From an uncultured Alphaproteobacteria bacterium (lineage in GTDB: Bacteria > Pseudomonadota > Alphaproteobacteria > SP197), in assembly GCA_938048755.1 (NCBI GenBank), contig CALIUG010000072.1, forward strand, positions 3,258 to 67,257: 64,000 nucleotides of DNA. Direction: 5' to 3'. Numbering within the stretch: the first letter of the stretch is position 1; every line of letters begins with the position of its first letter. This document shows, in pieces, positions 48,055-58,124 of the stretch. The notes under the pieces were generated by a model that did no database searches, was not told where the DNA came from, and saw only the letters and a program-made list of their open reading frames with translations. Made by a program: the position numbers and the translations under genes.

Positions 48055-49530
48055 ATGGCAGCACCCGCGATCATGCTTCAGGGTACGGGTTCGGACGTCG
48101 GCAAGTCTTTGCTGGTGGCCGGTCTGGCGCGCGCGTGTACGCGGCGGGGGCTGAAGGTGCGCCCGTTCAAGCCCCAGAACATGTCGAACAATGCCGGTGT
48201 CACCTCCGACGGCGGCGAGATCGGGCGTGCACAGATGCTGCAGGCCCGTGCCTGTCATGTGGTGCCCAGCGTTCATATGAACCCGGTGCTGCTGAAGCCC
48301 CAATCGGAGAAGGGCGCCCAGGTTGTCGTCCAGGGCAAGGTGTTCGGCCAGTCCCAGGCGCGCGATTATCACAAGCTCAAGCCCCAGCTTCTGGCAAAGG
48401 TTCTGGAGAGTTTCGAGCTGCTTTCAAAGGAGGCCGATCTCGTCATCGTGGAGGGTGCGGGGTCCCCGGCAGAGGTCAATCTGCGGTCGGGCGACATCGC
48501 CAATATGGGGTTTGCTGAAGCGGCCGATCTGCCGGTTGTTCTGGTCGGTGACATCGATCGTGGCGGCGTCATCGCCAGCATCGTCGGGACCATGGCGCTG
48601 CTGGAGGAAGCAGAGCGCGCGCGTGTCTGCGCCTATGCCATCAACAAGTTTCGTGGCGATGTTTCGCTGTTCGACAGTGCCATCGACATTCTCAAAGATC
48701 GCACCGGCCTCGACTGCCTCGGCGTTGTGCCGCACATGGCTGCAGCGCGGCGTCTGCCTGCCGAAGACGCTGTCGCGCTGGACAGCCATGCTGCCATGGG
48801 GGGAGGCGGTGACGGCGCGATCCGTATCGCGGTGCCGCGGTTTGACCGCATTTCCAACTTCGATGACCTCGATCCCCTGGTGGCTGAGCCCGATGTTTCC
48901 GTCACCCTGGTTTCTCCGGGCGACCCGTTGCCCGGCAATGCTGATCTGATCGTGCTTCCCGGCAGCAAGAGCACCATGGGAGACCTGCGTGCCGTGAAAG
49001 CCAATGGCTGGGATATCGATCTTGCCGCCCATGTGCGTCGTGGCGGTTGGGTCCTTGGTCTGTGTGGCGGATACCAGATGCTGGGCAGGGAAGTCGCCGA
49101 CCCTGATGGCATCGAAGGACCTGCCGGCACCGAACCGGGGTTGGGTCTTTTGGACGTGGCGACCACGTTGGCGGGCGACAAGTCGCTGGTTTCGGTCAGC
49201 GGAACGGATCGGGCGACGGGTGCTGATGTTGCCGGCTATGAAATGCATATCGGTGTGACCCAGGGGCCGGATCGTGAACGTGCGATGATTGACCTGCCCG
49301 GTGGCCCCGATGGCGCGGTCAGTGCCGATGGCCGAGTCATGGGGAGTTACCTCCACGGCATCTTTGCCGCCGATGATTTCCGCCACCGCTTTCTCTCGCG
49401 CCTGCGGCAGCGTCAGTCCAGCGGCCTTGCCTTCGAGGCCGAGATCGAACGCGCCCTCGACGAAATTGCCGAGGGCCTGGAAATCTGTTTCGCGGTCGAT
49501 CGTTTCCTGGAGATTGCCCGTGAACGTTGA
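48055..49530 (+). CDS. cobQ: cobyric acid synthase
   Basis: N-terminal DTB-synthetase-like domain ([13 protein letters not shown]) plus a glutamine amidotransferase domain ([10 protein letters not shown]). 491 aa. Confidence 0.9.
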   Translation: MAAPAIMLQGTGSDVGKSLLVAGLARACTRRGLKVRPFKPQNMSNNAGVTSDGGEIGRAQMLQARACHVVPSVHMNPVLLKPQSEKGAQVVVQGKVFGQSQARDYHKLKPQLLAKVLESFELLSKEADLVIVEGAGSPAEVNLRSGDIANMGFAEAADLPVVLVGDIDRGGVIASIVGTMALLEEAERARVCAYAINKFRGDVSLFDSAIDILKDRTGLDCLGVVPHMAAARRLPAEDAVALDSHAAMGGGGDGAIRIAVPRFDRISNFDDLDPLVAEPDVSVTLVSPGDPLPGNADLIVLPGSKSTMGDLRAVKANGWDIDLAAHVRRGGWVLGLCGGYQMLGREVADPDGIEGPAGTEPGLGLLDVATTLAGDKSLVSVSGTDRATGADVAGYEMHIGVTQGPDRERAMIDLPGGPDGAVSADGRVMGSYLHGIFAADDFRHRFLSRLRQRQSSGLAFEAEIERALDEIAEGLEICFAVDRFLEIARER

Positions 49531-49663
49531 TGCACTTGAATTCTACTGCGTGTCATCCCGGCCGACCGCAGGGAGAGCCGGGGCCTCGACAGGGTGGTGC
49601 CGAACTCTCGAGGCCTCGGGTCAGCGCAGCCGTTGGCTGCTTGTCCGGGGTGACACCGAGATA

Positions 49664-50632
49664 TCAGCCAGCCCAGTTCAGGGCCAGGACCGAAAACACG
49701 CCCCAGATCACACAGGCGATGACATAAAGCTTCAGCGTGTTTTCGATATCACGCGGCGTGCAGCGGGCGCGTCCGTTGCCCATCCAGGCGTCGGTGATCA
49801 TCTCGCCGTGGTAGCTGCGCGGGCCGGCAATGGCGATGCCAAGCGCGCCGGCAAAGGCAGCTTCAGGCCAGCCGGCATTGGGCGATTTGTGGTTGCGCGC
49901 ATCGCGCAGCATCGCCTGCAAGGCACCCTTGGCATCCGCACCATTCATGGCGAGCGCAGCGGCGGTGACGACCAGCCCGCTCAGACGCGCCGGAATCAGA
50001 TTGAGCAGATCGTCGAAACGCGCCGAAGCCCAGCCGAAGGCAAGGTAACGTTCCGTCTTGTGGCCAATCATGCTGTCGAGGGTATTGACGGTCTTGTAGA
50101 TCAGCAGGCCCGGGAAACCAGCGACCAGATACCAGAAGATCGGCGCGACGACGCCGTCAGCGAAGTTCTCGGCGCAGCTTTCGATTGCCGCGCGGCAGAT
50201 GCCGTGTTCGTCCAGCGCATCGGGGTCGCGCCCCACGATCATGGAAACCGCGCGTCGCCCGCCTTCGATGCCATCCTGACGCAGGGCGACGGCAACCCGC
50301 TTGACGTGATCGAAGAGGTCGCGCTGGGCAACCAGCGAAAACACCAGGGCAGCTTCCAGAAGCCAGCCCCAGGTCGTCGCCTGGGTCAGCCAGGTCACCA
50401 GCGAACCAAAGGCGCCAGCCCCGGCGACCATCACGATCAGCAGCACGACGCCACGCCAGCGCCGGTTGGCCTGGTCGCGCTGGTTCGCGCGCCGATCCGC
50501 CCAGCCGATACACGCTCCCAAGATGGCAACTGGATGGGGAATCCGCGCCCAGAGCCAGCGTGGATCACCGATCAGCCCGTCCAGAATCAGGGCGGCGGCC
50601 AGGACGACCGCAGGAGCAATATCGAAAAGCAT
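49664..50632 (-). CDS. cbiB: adenosylcobinamide-phosphate synthase
   Basis: LIGDPRWLW...HP N-terminal signature of CbiB/CobD. Polytopic membrane protein. Start MLFDIAP. Confidence 0.85.
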   Translation of the reverse strand: MLFDIAPAVVLAAALILDGLIGDPRWLWARIPHPVAILGACIGWADRRANQRDQANRRWRGVVLLIVMVAGAGAFGSLVTWLTQATTWGWLLEAALVFSLVAQRDLFDHVKRVAVALRQDGIEGGRRAVSMIVGRDPDALDEHGICRAAIESCAENFADGVVAPIFWYLVAGFPGLLIYKTVNTLDSMIGHKTERYLAFGWASARFDDLLNLIPARLSGLVVTAAALAMNGADAKGALQAMLRDARNHKSPNAGWPEAAFAGALGIAIAGPRSYHGEMITDAWMGNGRARCTPRDIENTLKLYVIACVIWGVFSVLALNWAG

Positions 50633-50703
50633 GCGCAGAAGGTGGGGCCGCGCCACCCGAGCGTCAATCACGAACCCATGACCCATCAAGAAGGACAAGA
50701 ACA

Positions 50704-51738
50704 ATGAGCAAACTCGCCGTCATGTTGTGTGGCCACGGAAGCCGCGACGAAGGTGCGATCACCGAGTTCGGTGCCATCGCCGAAACCCTCAAGGGCCGGT
50801 TCGACTGGCCCATGGAGTACGGCTTCCTGGAATTTGCCACGCCGATCATCCGTGACGGCCTCGACAAGCTGCGTGACGGTGGTGCGACACAGATCCTGGC
50901 CGTGCCAGGCATGCTGTTTGCGGCAGGCCACGTGAAGAACGACGTGCCGAGCGTTCTCAACACCTATGCCGCGCAAAACGGAGTCGAGATCAAGTTCGGC
51001 AGGGATCTGGGCATCGATACCCGCATGGTGCGCGCGGCCGGTGAACGGGTGAAGGAAGCCATGGCGGCGGCCGATGCCGAACATGGTGTGGTGCCTCCCC
51101 ACGAGACCCTGCTGGTGACCGTGGGGCGCGGTGCATCGGATCCCGACGCAAACTCCAACGTCGCCAAGGTCTCGCGCATGTTGTGGGAAGGCCTGGGCTT
51201 CGGCTGGGGCGAAACGGCCTATTCCGGTGTGACGTTCCCGCTGGTCAAGCCTGCCCTGGAGCATGTCGTCAAGCTTGGCTTCAAGCGTGTGCTGGTGTTT
51301 CCGTACTTCCTGTTCACCGGGATTCTGGTGCGCCGGATCTATGATGCTACCGACGAAGTGGCCGCACAGCATCCCGACATCCAGTTCGTCAAGGCGGGTT
51401 ACCTCAACGATCATCCTCTGGTGGTCGATACCTTTGTCGACCGGGTGCACGAGATTCTCGAAGGCACGGGAAACATGAACTGCCAGGCCTGCAAGTACCG
51501 CGACCAGGTGCTGGGTTTCGAGGCGGAAGTCGGCCTGAAGCAGGAAAGCCATCATCACCATGTCGAGGGTATTGGCACCGGTGAGGGACACAGCCACGAT
51601 CATGATCACGAGCACGCCCATGACCATGCCCACGGGCACAGCCATGATCACGGGCACGGCCGCGACCATGCCGATGGCCACGGTCATCATCCCTACCCCC
51701 ATGCCGACCATCCGCTTGGTCCCAAGACGTTGAAGTAG
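50704..51738 (+). CDS. cbiX: sirohydrochlorin cobaltochelatase, long form (CbiXL) with [4Fe-4S] MxCxxC and a His-rich C-terminal tail
   Basis: Duplicated CbiX domains (LCGHGSRDEGA, TVGRGASDPDANS), NCQACKYR cluster and a C-terminal HDHDHEHAHDHAHGHSHDHGHGRDHADGHGHH tract. Confidence 0.8.
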   Translation: MSKLAVMLCGHGSRDEGAITEFGAIAETLKGRFDWPMEYGFLEFATPIIRDGLDKLRDGGATQILAVPGMLFAAGHVKNDVPSVLNTYAAQNGVEIKFGRDLGIDTRMVRAAGERVKEAMAAADAEHGVVPPHETLLVTVGRGASDPDANSNVAKVSRMLWEGLGFGWGETAYSGVTFPLVKPALEHVVKLGFKRVLVFPYFLFTGILVRRIYDATDEVAAQHPDIQFVKAGYLNDHPLVVDTFVDRVHEILEGTGNMNCQACKYRDQVLGFEAEVGLKQESHHHHVEGIGTGEGHSHDHDHEHAHDHAHGHSHDHGHGRDHADGHGHHPYPHADHPLGPKTLK

Positions 51739-51751
51739 GAGACCCCGGCGC

Positions 51752-53320
51752 GTGCCTCTCTTTGACGCTTACCTGATGGTCGACTGGAGTTCGGAGACGA
51801 AACCCAAGACCGGCAAGGATTCGATCTGGCTGGCGCTTGCTGAGCGCACGCCGGCCGGTCTGCGTCTGCATGCGCTGGAGAATCCCGCGACCCGTGCTGA
51901 GGCACGGGAACGTCTGGCAGACATGCTGGATGGCCTGATCCGGCGCAGGCGGCGGGTCCTGGTCGGTTTTGACTTTCCGTTTGGTTACTCCAGCGGCACG
52001 GCTTCTGCGCTGGGCCTCAAAGGTGCGCCGTGGCGCGCGACGTGGTCCGCGCTGTCGCAGGCCGTGGAAGATCGCCCGGACAATGCCAACAACCGATTCG
52101 AGGCAGCAGACGTTCTGAACCGCCGCATGGGGTTCCGCGAGGGGCCATTCTGGGGCCATCCGGTCGGGCGCAGCTATGCAAATCTGGAGATGACGCGGCC
52201 CGTCTATGACGGCGGCCTGGATGAAAAACGGGTCTGTGAAACCGTGATCTCCGGGCCCCAGTCGATCTGGAAACTGGCCGGTGTCGGTTCGGTAGGCGGC
52301 CAGGTGCTCACGGGTCTGCCGGTCGTCCATGCCCTGCGCCGTGACGCCAGACTGAAAAGCCATGCGCGGGTATGGCCGTTCGAAACCGGTCTGAAGCCCA
52401 TGACATCCGGTGCTCTCAAACAGCATCCGGTTGTGCTGGCCGAGATCTATCCCTCGCTGGTGTCACCGCGTTCGGCGAGCGGGCAGGTCAAGGATACACT
52501 GCAGGTCCAGGCCATCGCCGCATTCATGGCCAAGGCTGATGAGAACAGAACGCTGGGCCGGATGTTCGCGGGCATGAAGGGGTTGTCGGGCGACCAGAAG
52601 CGACGAATCGAGCGTGAAGAGGCCTGGATTCTGGGCGTCACTGAACCTGATACCCGGGCGGGCAAGATCGACATTGATGTCGACGCGGCGTTTCCCGGGC
52701 ATGGCCTTGCCTATCTCAACGACGGTCCAGCAATCTATGCTGAATCACGCCGCCTGATTGAGGCAAAGACCGACCTGTCGCGTCTGACGGACGATGAACG
52801 GGCTCTTGCCGTGCGTCTGATCCATACCTGCGGCATGACCGATATCGCCGATGATCTTGAGGTTTCCGGGGGTGCCGTCGCCAGGGGCCGCGAGGCTCTG
52901 ATCGCAGGCGCGCCGATTCTTTGTGATGTCGAGATGGTGGCTAAGGGCATCATCAAGCGCCGTCTGCCGGCATCCAATGCCATCGTCGCCAAGGTGGCCT
53001 CAAAGGCAGCGGTGGCACGGGCTGCGCGGCATCACACGACCCGGTCCTCGGCAGCGGTTGATCTGTGGGGTGACGCCATGGAGGGTGCCGTTGTCGCGGT
53101 CGGCAATGCGCCCACGGCCTTGTTCCGGGTTCTGGAAATCGTTGCAGCCGGTGGCCCGCGCCCGGCGCTTGTCATCGGCATGCCGGTGGGGTTTGTCGGA
53201 GCAGCGGAATCGAAACGCGCGCTCGCGAAGAGCGGACTCGACTTCGTGACCGTGCACGGGCGACGGGGCGGCAGCGCCATGGCTGCTGCTGGCGTCAACG
53301 CGCTGATGGGAGGAATCTGA
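51752..53320 (+). CDS. cobH: fusion protein: N-terminal roughly 300-aa uncharacterized domain (possibly DUF429/RNase-H-like) plus C-terminal precorrin-8X methylmutase
   Basis: The C-terminal approx 210 aa (from about 52680) match CobH/CbiC (LIHTCGMTD, ILCDVEMVA, GNAPTAL). The N-terminal MPLFDAYLMVDWSSETKPKTGKDSIWLA...VLVGFDFPFGY matches no cob enzyme known to me. Confidence 0.7.
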   Translation: MPLFDAYLMVDWSSETKPKTGKDSIWLALAERTPAGLRLHALENPATRAEARERLADMLDGLIRRRRRVLVGFDFPFGYSSGTASALGLKGAPWRATWSALSQAVEDRPDNANNRFEAADVLNRRMGFREGPFWGHPVGRSYANLEMTRPVYDGGLDEKRVCETVISGPQSIWKLAGVGSVGGQVLTGLPVVHALRRDARLKSHARVWPFETGLKPMTSGALKQHPVVLAEIYPSLVSPRSASGQVKDTLQVQAIAAFMAKADENRTLGRMFAGMKGLSGDQKRRIEREEAWILGVTEPDTRAGKIDIDVDAAFPGHGLAYLNDGPAIYAESRRLIEAKTDLSRLTDDERALAVRLIHTCGMTDIADDLEVSGGAVARGREALIAGAPILCDVEMVAKGIIKRRLPASNAIVAKVASKAAVARAARHHTTRSSAAVDLWGDAMEGAVVAVGNAPTALFRVLEIVAAGGPRPALVIGMPVGFVGAAESKRALAKSGLDFVTVHGRRGGSAMAAAGVNALMGGI

Positions 53321-54525
53321 TGACACCCTGGCTGTCTCTTGTGGGCCTTGGCGAGGATGGACTGGAAGGACTCTCCCCGGCTGCGCGCGAACTGGTTGAT
53401 CAGGCCGAGGTCGTGGTCGGTGGCACGCGCCATCTGGAACTGCTGGGCGAGACCCGGGCGCAGACACTGACCTGGGAAAGCCCGCTCAAGAAAACGGTCG
53501 AGCGCCTGGCTGAACTTCAGGGGCAGAAGGTCTGCGTGCTCGCCACCGGCGACCCCATGGCCTATGGCATCGGTGTCACCCTGATGCGCCGGTTCGGGCG
53601 CGAGGCCGTTTTTGTCCTTCCGGGAATCTCGGCCTTCACCCTGGCCTGTGCCCGGCTGGGCTGGCCGCTTGCCGAGACCGTGCAGCTCACGCTTCATGGT
53701 CGGCCGCTGGACCTGCTGAACGCCCATCTGATGCCGGGTCTGCGCCTGCTGATCCTGTCCGAAGATGCAACAACACCAGCCAAGGTCGCGATGCGGCTCA
53801 AGGAGGCCGGTTTCGGGCCAAGCGTGATGCATGTCCTGTGTCACATGGGTGGTCCCCGCGAACGCTGCCTCAGTGGAACGGCAGCGGAGGGAGTCGAGGG
53901 CGACGTGGACGATCTCAATACCCTGGCGATTGAACTGGTTACCGAGCCCGGCGCTGCCGTGCACGCGCGCACGCCAGGCCTGCCCGATGATGCCTTTGAG
54001 CACGATGGGCAGATGACCAAACGCGAGGTGCGCGCCGCAACCCTGGCAGCCCTTGCGCCGATGCCCGGTCAGTTGCTCTGGGATGTCGGCTCGGGCTGTG
54101 GTTCCGTCGCGATCGAATGGATGCGCGCGGCAGACCGGGCCTGCGCCATGGCCATCGAACGTCATGAAGGCCGGCGGGCCATGACCGCGCGCAATGCGGC
54201 AAACCTGGGTGTACCAACCCTGAAGCTTGTTGCCGGCAGCGCACCGGAAGCCCTGGAAGGCCTGGCCACGCCGGATGCGGTTTTTGTCGGCGGCGGCGTC
54301 GCCGGCGACGGTGTCGCACAGACCTGCTGGGATACCCTTGCGCCGGGCGGACGTCTGGTTGCCAATGCGGTCACGCTGGAAAGCGAGCATGCTCTTTTCC
54401 ATCTCCATGAACGTCTGGGCGGTGAACTTGTGCGTCTCTCGGTTGTACGGGCCGCACCGGTCGGCGGCCTGACGGGATGGCGCCCTCTCATGCCGGTAAC
54501 ACAATGGCGGATCATCAAATCATGA
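53320..54525 (+). CDS. cobL: precorrin-6Y C5,15-methyltransferase (decarboxylating), CbiE+CbiT fusion type
   Basis: N-terminal tetrapyrrole methylase domain and C-terminal class I SAM-methyltransferase domain (VGSGCGSVAIE). Confidence 0.85.
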   Translation: MTPWLSLVGLGEDGLEGLSPAARELVDQAEVVVGGTRHLELLGETRAQTLTWESPLKKTVERLAELQGQKVCVLATGDPMAYGIGVTLMRRFGREAVFVLPGISAFTLACARLGWPLAETVQLTLHGRPLDLLNAHLMPGLRLLILSEDATTPAKVAMRLKEAGFGPSVMHVLCHMGGPRERCLSGTAAEGVEGDVDDLNTLAIELVTEPGAAVHARTPGLPDDAFEHDGQMTKREVRAATLAALAPMPGQLLWDVGSGCGSVAIEWMRAADRACAMAIERHEGRRAMTARNAANLGVPTLKLVAGSAPEALEGLATPDAVFVGGGVAGDGVAQTCWDTLAPGGRLVANAVTLESEHALFHLHERLGGELVRLSVVRAAPVGGLTGWRPLMPVTQWRIIKS

Positions 54526-55229
54526 CCAAAGGAACCCTTTATGGTCTGGGTGTCGGTCCCGGCGATCCCGAGCTCATCACGCTGAAGGCCCATCGACTGC
54601 TGACCCATGCTCCCGTGCTTGCCTATCCGGCACCGGAACATGGTGACAGTCTGGCGCGGAGCATCGTGGCGTCGCATCTGAGCGGCGAGCAGACCGAGAT
54701 TGCGATCCGCATGCCGCTGGACCTGAACCGGTTTCCGGTCGAGGCCGTTTATGATCAGGCAGCGATCGACATTGCCGAACATCTGGATGCCGGACGGGAT
54801 GTTGCTGCGATCTGTGAAGGTGACCCGTTTTTCTATGGCAGCTTCATGTATCTCTTCGGCCGGCTGGCCGACCGGCATGAGGTCGTCGTGGTCCCCGGCG
54901 TCTCGTCACTCATGGCCTGCCCGGCCGCTGCCGGCGCGCCCCTTGCCGCGCGCGACGATGCCCTGCTGATTTGTCCGGGCATCATGGACGAAGCGGTCAT
55001 GCGCGAGCGTCTGGCGAATGTGGAAGCCGCTGTCGTCATCAAGGTCGGCCGTCACCTCGACAAGGTGCGCCGCGTGCTCACGGCGTTGGATCTTGTGGAG
55101 CATGCCCATTATGTCGAGCACGCCACCATGGCCGATCAGGTCGTATTGCCCTTTTCCGAAATCGATGCGGCAAAGGCGCCCTATTTTTCGATGGTGCTGA
55201 TCCATCGGCGTGGAGAGGCATGGCGATGA
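54525..55229 (+). CDS. cobI: precorrin-2 C20-methyltransferase
   Basis: LYGLGVGPGDPELITLKA signature. ATGA overlap with cobL. An alternative start at 54504 is possible. Confidence 0.85.
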   Translation, partial: TKGTLYGLGVGPGDPELITLKAHRLLTHAPVLAYPAPEHGDSLARSIVASHLSGEQTEIAIRMPLDLNRFPVEAVYDQAAIDIAEHLDAGRDVAAICEGDPFFYGSFMYLFGRLADRHEVVVVPGVSSLMACPAAAGAPLAARDDALLICPGIMDEAVMRERLANVEAAVVIKVGRHLDKVRRVLTALDLVEHAHYVEHATMADQVVLPFSEIDAAKAPYFSMVLIHRRGEAWR

Positions 55230-57037
55230 ATGTTCCAACAGGTGCTGCGGTTCTGTGTCTTGGTCCTTCGGGACTAGCTGCTGCGAACCGTCTGGTTGCT
55301 GCCCTGCCTGATGCCAGTCTTCATGGCTATGGGTCACGGGTGGAGGGCACCGATGTGGTGTTCGAGAACACCATGGACCATGTCGCAACGCTGTTTGCGG
55401 CAGGCATTCCGGTCGTGGGCGTTTGTGCCGCCGGCATTCTGATTCGTGCCGTGGCGCCCCTTCTTTCCGACAAGACGCGCGAAAGTGCCGTGGTCGCGGT
55501 GGCCGAGGATGGTGCCAGCGCCGTTCCGCTGCTGGGCGGTCATCATGGCGCCAACGCACTGGCCCGCGCCTGTGCCGGCGTGTTCGAGGGGCATGTCGCG
55601 GTCACGACCGCGGGTGACGTGCGCTTTGATGGCGCGCTGGATGACCCGCCGCCGGGCTGGCGCATCGCCAATCCTGAGATGGCAAAACCGGTGATGGCCG
55701 ATCTGCTGGCAGAAAAGCCGGTTGCGCTTTGCATAGAGGCTGGTGAAGCGGACTGGCTGCGCAACTCCGGCATGGCGTTTGGAGAAACGGGCGATCATGC
55801 CGTTGCGGTGACCGACCGTGCCCTGCGGCCCGATGGCCGGACGCTGGTCATGCATCCGCCGGTCCTGGCCCTGGGCGTGGGATGTGAACGTGACTGTGAG
55901 CCCGGTGAGCTGATCGCCCTGGTGCGCGAAACGCTCAAATCAGAGCGCCTTGCCGAAGGCGCGATTGCCTGTGTCGCCAGCATTGACCTGAAGGGTGATG
56001 AACCAGCCGTGCTGGCCGTTGCCAACATGCTGGGTGTTTCCCTGGTCCTATTCGATGCGCCAAGGCTGGAGGCCGAAGCGCCGCGCCTTGCCAATCCTTC
56101 CGATGTGGTGTTTGCCGAAGTCGGGTGCCATGGCGTCAGTGAGGGGTCCGCGTTGGCCGCGGCGGGCCAGGAGGGTTCGCTGGTCGTGCCCAAGAAGAAG
56201 TCACGGCGTGCCACATGTGCCGTTGCGCGCGCTGCCAAGGATATCGACGTCTCAACGACTGGCCGACGGCGTGGCCATCTTTCGCTGGTCGGTCTGGGTC
56301 CGGGCGATGCAGCCCTGCGCACGCCTGAAGCAAGCCGTGCCATTGCCGCGGCCAGCGATGTCGTGGGTTATGGTTATTATCTCGACCTTGCCGGTCCGTT
56401 GATGCGCGGCAAGGAACGTCATGATTTCGGCCTGGGCCAGGAGACGGAGCGATGCCGTTTCGCACTCGATCTGGCGGGTCAGGGCAGACAGGTGGCGTTG
56501 CTCTGTTCCGGCGATCCCGGCATCTATGCCATGGCCAGCCTGGTCTATGAGCTTCTTGATCTCGAGGACGCACAGCCCTGGCGCAGCGTCGGGATCGACG
56601 TCGTGCCGGGCGTTTCGGCCCTGCAGGTTGCTTCGGCGCGGGCCGGTGCGCCGTTCGGCCATGACTTCTGCGCCATCTCGCTTTCGGACCTGCTGACCCC
56701 ACGCGAGGTCATCATGCGCCGCGTGCGTGCAGCCGGTGAAGGCGACTTTGCCATTGCCTTCTACAATCCTGTCTCCATGCGCAGGCGCGATCAGCTGGCT
56801 GAGGCACGGACCATCCTGCTGGAACACCGGCCCGGCGATACGCCTGTCATGATCGGCCGCCTGTTGGGTCGTGAAGGCGAAGCCATGGCGCATACCACGC
56901 TTGCCGAGCTGGAAGTCGACGATGTCGACATGATGAGCGTGGTGCTGATCGGCTCCAGCACATCCCGGCGGATCAACCATCTCGGCCAGCCCAATGTTTA
57001 CACCCCGCGTGGTTACGCGAAGAAAAGAGAGACCTGA
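55226..57037 (+). CDS. cobJ: fusion: CbiG (N- and C-terminal/CobE-like domains) plus precorrin-3B C17-methyltransferase CobJ
   Basis: aa 1-340 carry CbiG_N (VVGVCAAGILIRAVAPLLSDK...LLGGHHGANALA) and a CobE-like module (LALGVGCER...ASIDLKGDEPAVLAVANMLGVSLVLF). From about 56265 the tetrapyrrole methylase GHLSLVGLGPGD...CSGDPGIY follows. ATGA overlap with cobI. Confidence 0.85.
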   Translation: MNVPTGAAVLCLGPSGLAAANRLVAALPDASLHGYGSRVEGTDVVFENTMDHVATLFAAGIPVVGVCAAGILIRAVAPLLSDKTRESAVVAVAEDGASAVPLLGGHHGANALARACAGVFEGHVAVTTAGDVRFDGALDDPPPGWRIANPEMAKPVMADLLAEKPVALCIEAGEADWLRNSGMAFGETGDHAVAVTDRALRPDGRTLVMHPPVLALGVGCERDCEPGELIALVRETLKSERLAEGAIACVASIDLKGDEPAVLAVANMLGVSLVLFDAPRLEAEAPRLANPSDVVFAEVGCHGVSEGSALAAAGQEGSLVVPKKKSRRATCAVARAAKDIDVSTTGRRRGHLSLVGLGPGDAALRTPEASRAIAAASDVVGYGYYLDLAGPLMRGKERHDFGLGQETERCRFALDLAGQGRQVALLCSGDPGIYAMASLVYELLDLEDAQPWRSVGIDVVPGVSALQVASARAGAPFGHDFCAISLSDLLTPREVIMRRVRAAGEGDFAIAFYNPVSMRRRDQLAEARTILLEHRPGDTPVMIGRLLGREGEAMAHTTLAELEVDDVDMMSVVLIGSSTSRRINHLGQPNVYTPRGYAKKRET

Positions 57038-57038
57038 C

Positions 57039-57809
57039 ATGACGGTTCATTTCATCGGAGCAGGGCCCGGCGCGCCCGACCTCATTACCGTGCGTGCGCT
57101 CAACCTGATCAAGGCCTGCCCGATCGTGCTGTATGCCGGCTCCCTGGTGCCCGAAGGCGTCATTGAACAGGCCGACCCCGCAGCGACGGTGATCGATACG
57201 GCACCGCTCCATCTCGACGAGATCATCGAGCTGATGCGTGAGGCCCACGAACGCGGACAGAATGTGGCGCGCGTCCATTCCGGCGACCCTTCGCTTTATG
57301 GCGCCATTGCCGAACAGATCCGCCGTCTGGACGACCTTGAAATCGACTATGACGTGACGCCGGGCGTGCCGGCCTTTGCCGCTGCGGCTGCTGCCCTGCA
57401 GACCGAGCTGACGCTGCCCGATGTCAGCCAGACCGTGATCCTGACGCGCACGGCCGTGCGTGCGACGGCGATGCCCGAAGGCGAAGACCTCACGACCCTG
57501 GGCAAGTCGGGCGCGACCCTGGCGATCCATCTCTCGGTCAACAACCTGGCCCGCGTCGTGCGCGAACTGGTCCCGCTTTATGGCGAGGATTGCCCCGTGG
57601 TCGTGGCCTATCGCGTGAGCTGGCCCGACCAGGCCTTCATCTCCGGCACGCTGGGCGATATCCGGTCCAAGGTGAAGGCTGCCGGGTTCACACGCACGGC
57701 ACTGATCCTGGTCGGTGAGGTCCTGGGCAATGCGAGTTTCCGTGACAGCCGCCTTTATGACGAGGCCCATCACCACGTCCTGCGGCCACGCAAGGTTGCC
57801 AGTGCCTGA
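57039..57809 (+). CDS. cobM: precorrin-4 C11-methyltransferase
   Basis: MTVHFIGAGPGAPDLITVRA and VHSGDPSLYGA signatures. Confidence 0.9.
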   Translation: MTVHFIGAGPGAPDLITVRALNLIKACPIVLYAGSLVPEGVIEQADPAATVIDTAPLHLDEIIELMREAHERGQNVARVHSGDPSLYGAIAEQIRRLDDLEIDYDVTPGVPAFAAAAAALQTELTLPDVSQTVILTRTAVRATAMPEGEDLTTLGKSGATLAIHLSVNNLARVVRELVPLYGEDCPVVVAYRVSWPDQAFISGTLGDIRSKVKAAGFTRTALILVGEVLGNASFRDSRLYDEAHHHVLRPRKVASA

Positions 57810-58124
57810 TCAGCCCTTGATCTGAACCATGCCGTCCAGGGTCCGGCATTCAAAAACCCTGATCGGGCGCGTCGCCGGTTTGCCGCAGGCCCGCCCGTCA
57901 CGGATGTCGAAACAGCCCTGGTGCAGCGGGCATTCGATGATGAAACCGTCGAAGTAGCCATCGACAAGGCTGGCGCCACCATGGCTGCAGCGTGCCGAGG
58001 TGACGCGGATACCGTCGGGGCCGTCATAGACGGCGAGCGGCTGACCCTTGTGCTGCGCTGGCGTGACGTCGCCGGGTTCAAGGTCGCCGACGGAGACCAG
58101 ATCAATCCACGCGCTCTCAGGCAT
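57810..58124 (-). CDS. Rieske-type [2Fe-2S] ferredoxin
   Basis: 104 aa. CSHGGASL...CPLHQGCF (CxH...CxxH). Overlaps the upstream desaturase gene by 8 nt on the same strand. Confidence 0.8.
   Translation of the reverse strand: MPESAWIDLVSVGDLEPGDVTPAQHKGQPLAVYDGPDGIRVTSARCSHGGASLVDGYFDGFIIECPLHQGCFDIRDGRACGKPATRPIRVFECRTLDGMVQIKG

Noticed and set aside
49531-49663. Bidirectional terminator between cobQ and cbiB (GGCCTCGA-N18-TCGAGGCC).
   Set aside because: The stem is present but neither side has a U/A tract. Kept only as a weak possibility.
51540-51738. His-rich tract (HDHDHEHAHDHAHGHSHDHGHGRDHADGHGHH) as a separate metal-binding peptide gene or simple repeat.
   Set aside because: It is in frame with, and contiguous to, the CbiX ORF. 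Long-form CbiX proteins are known to carry such C-terminal His tails.
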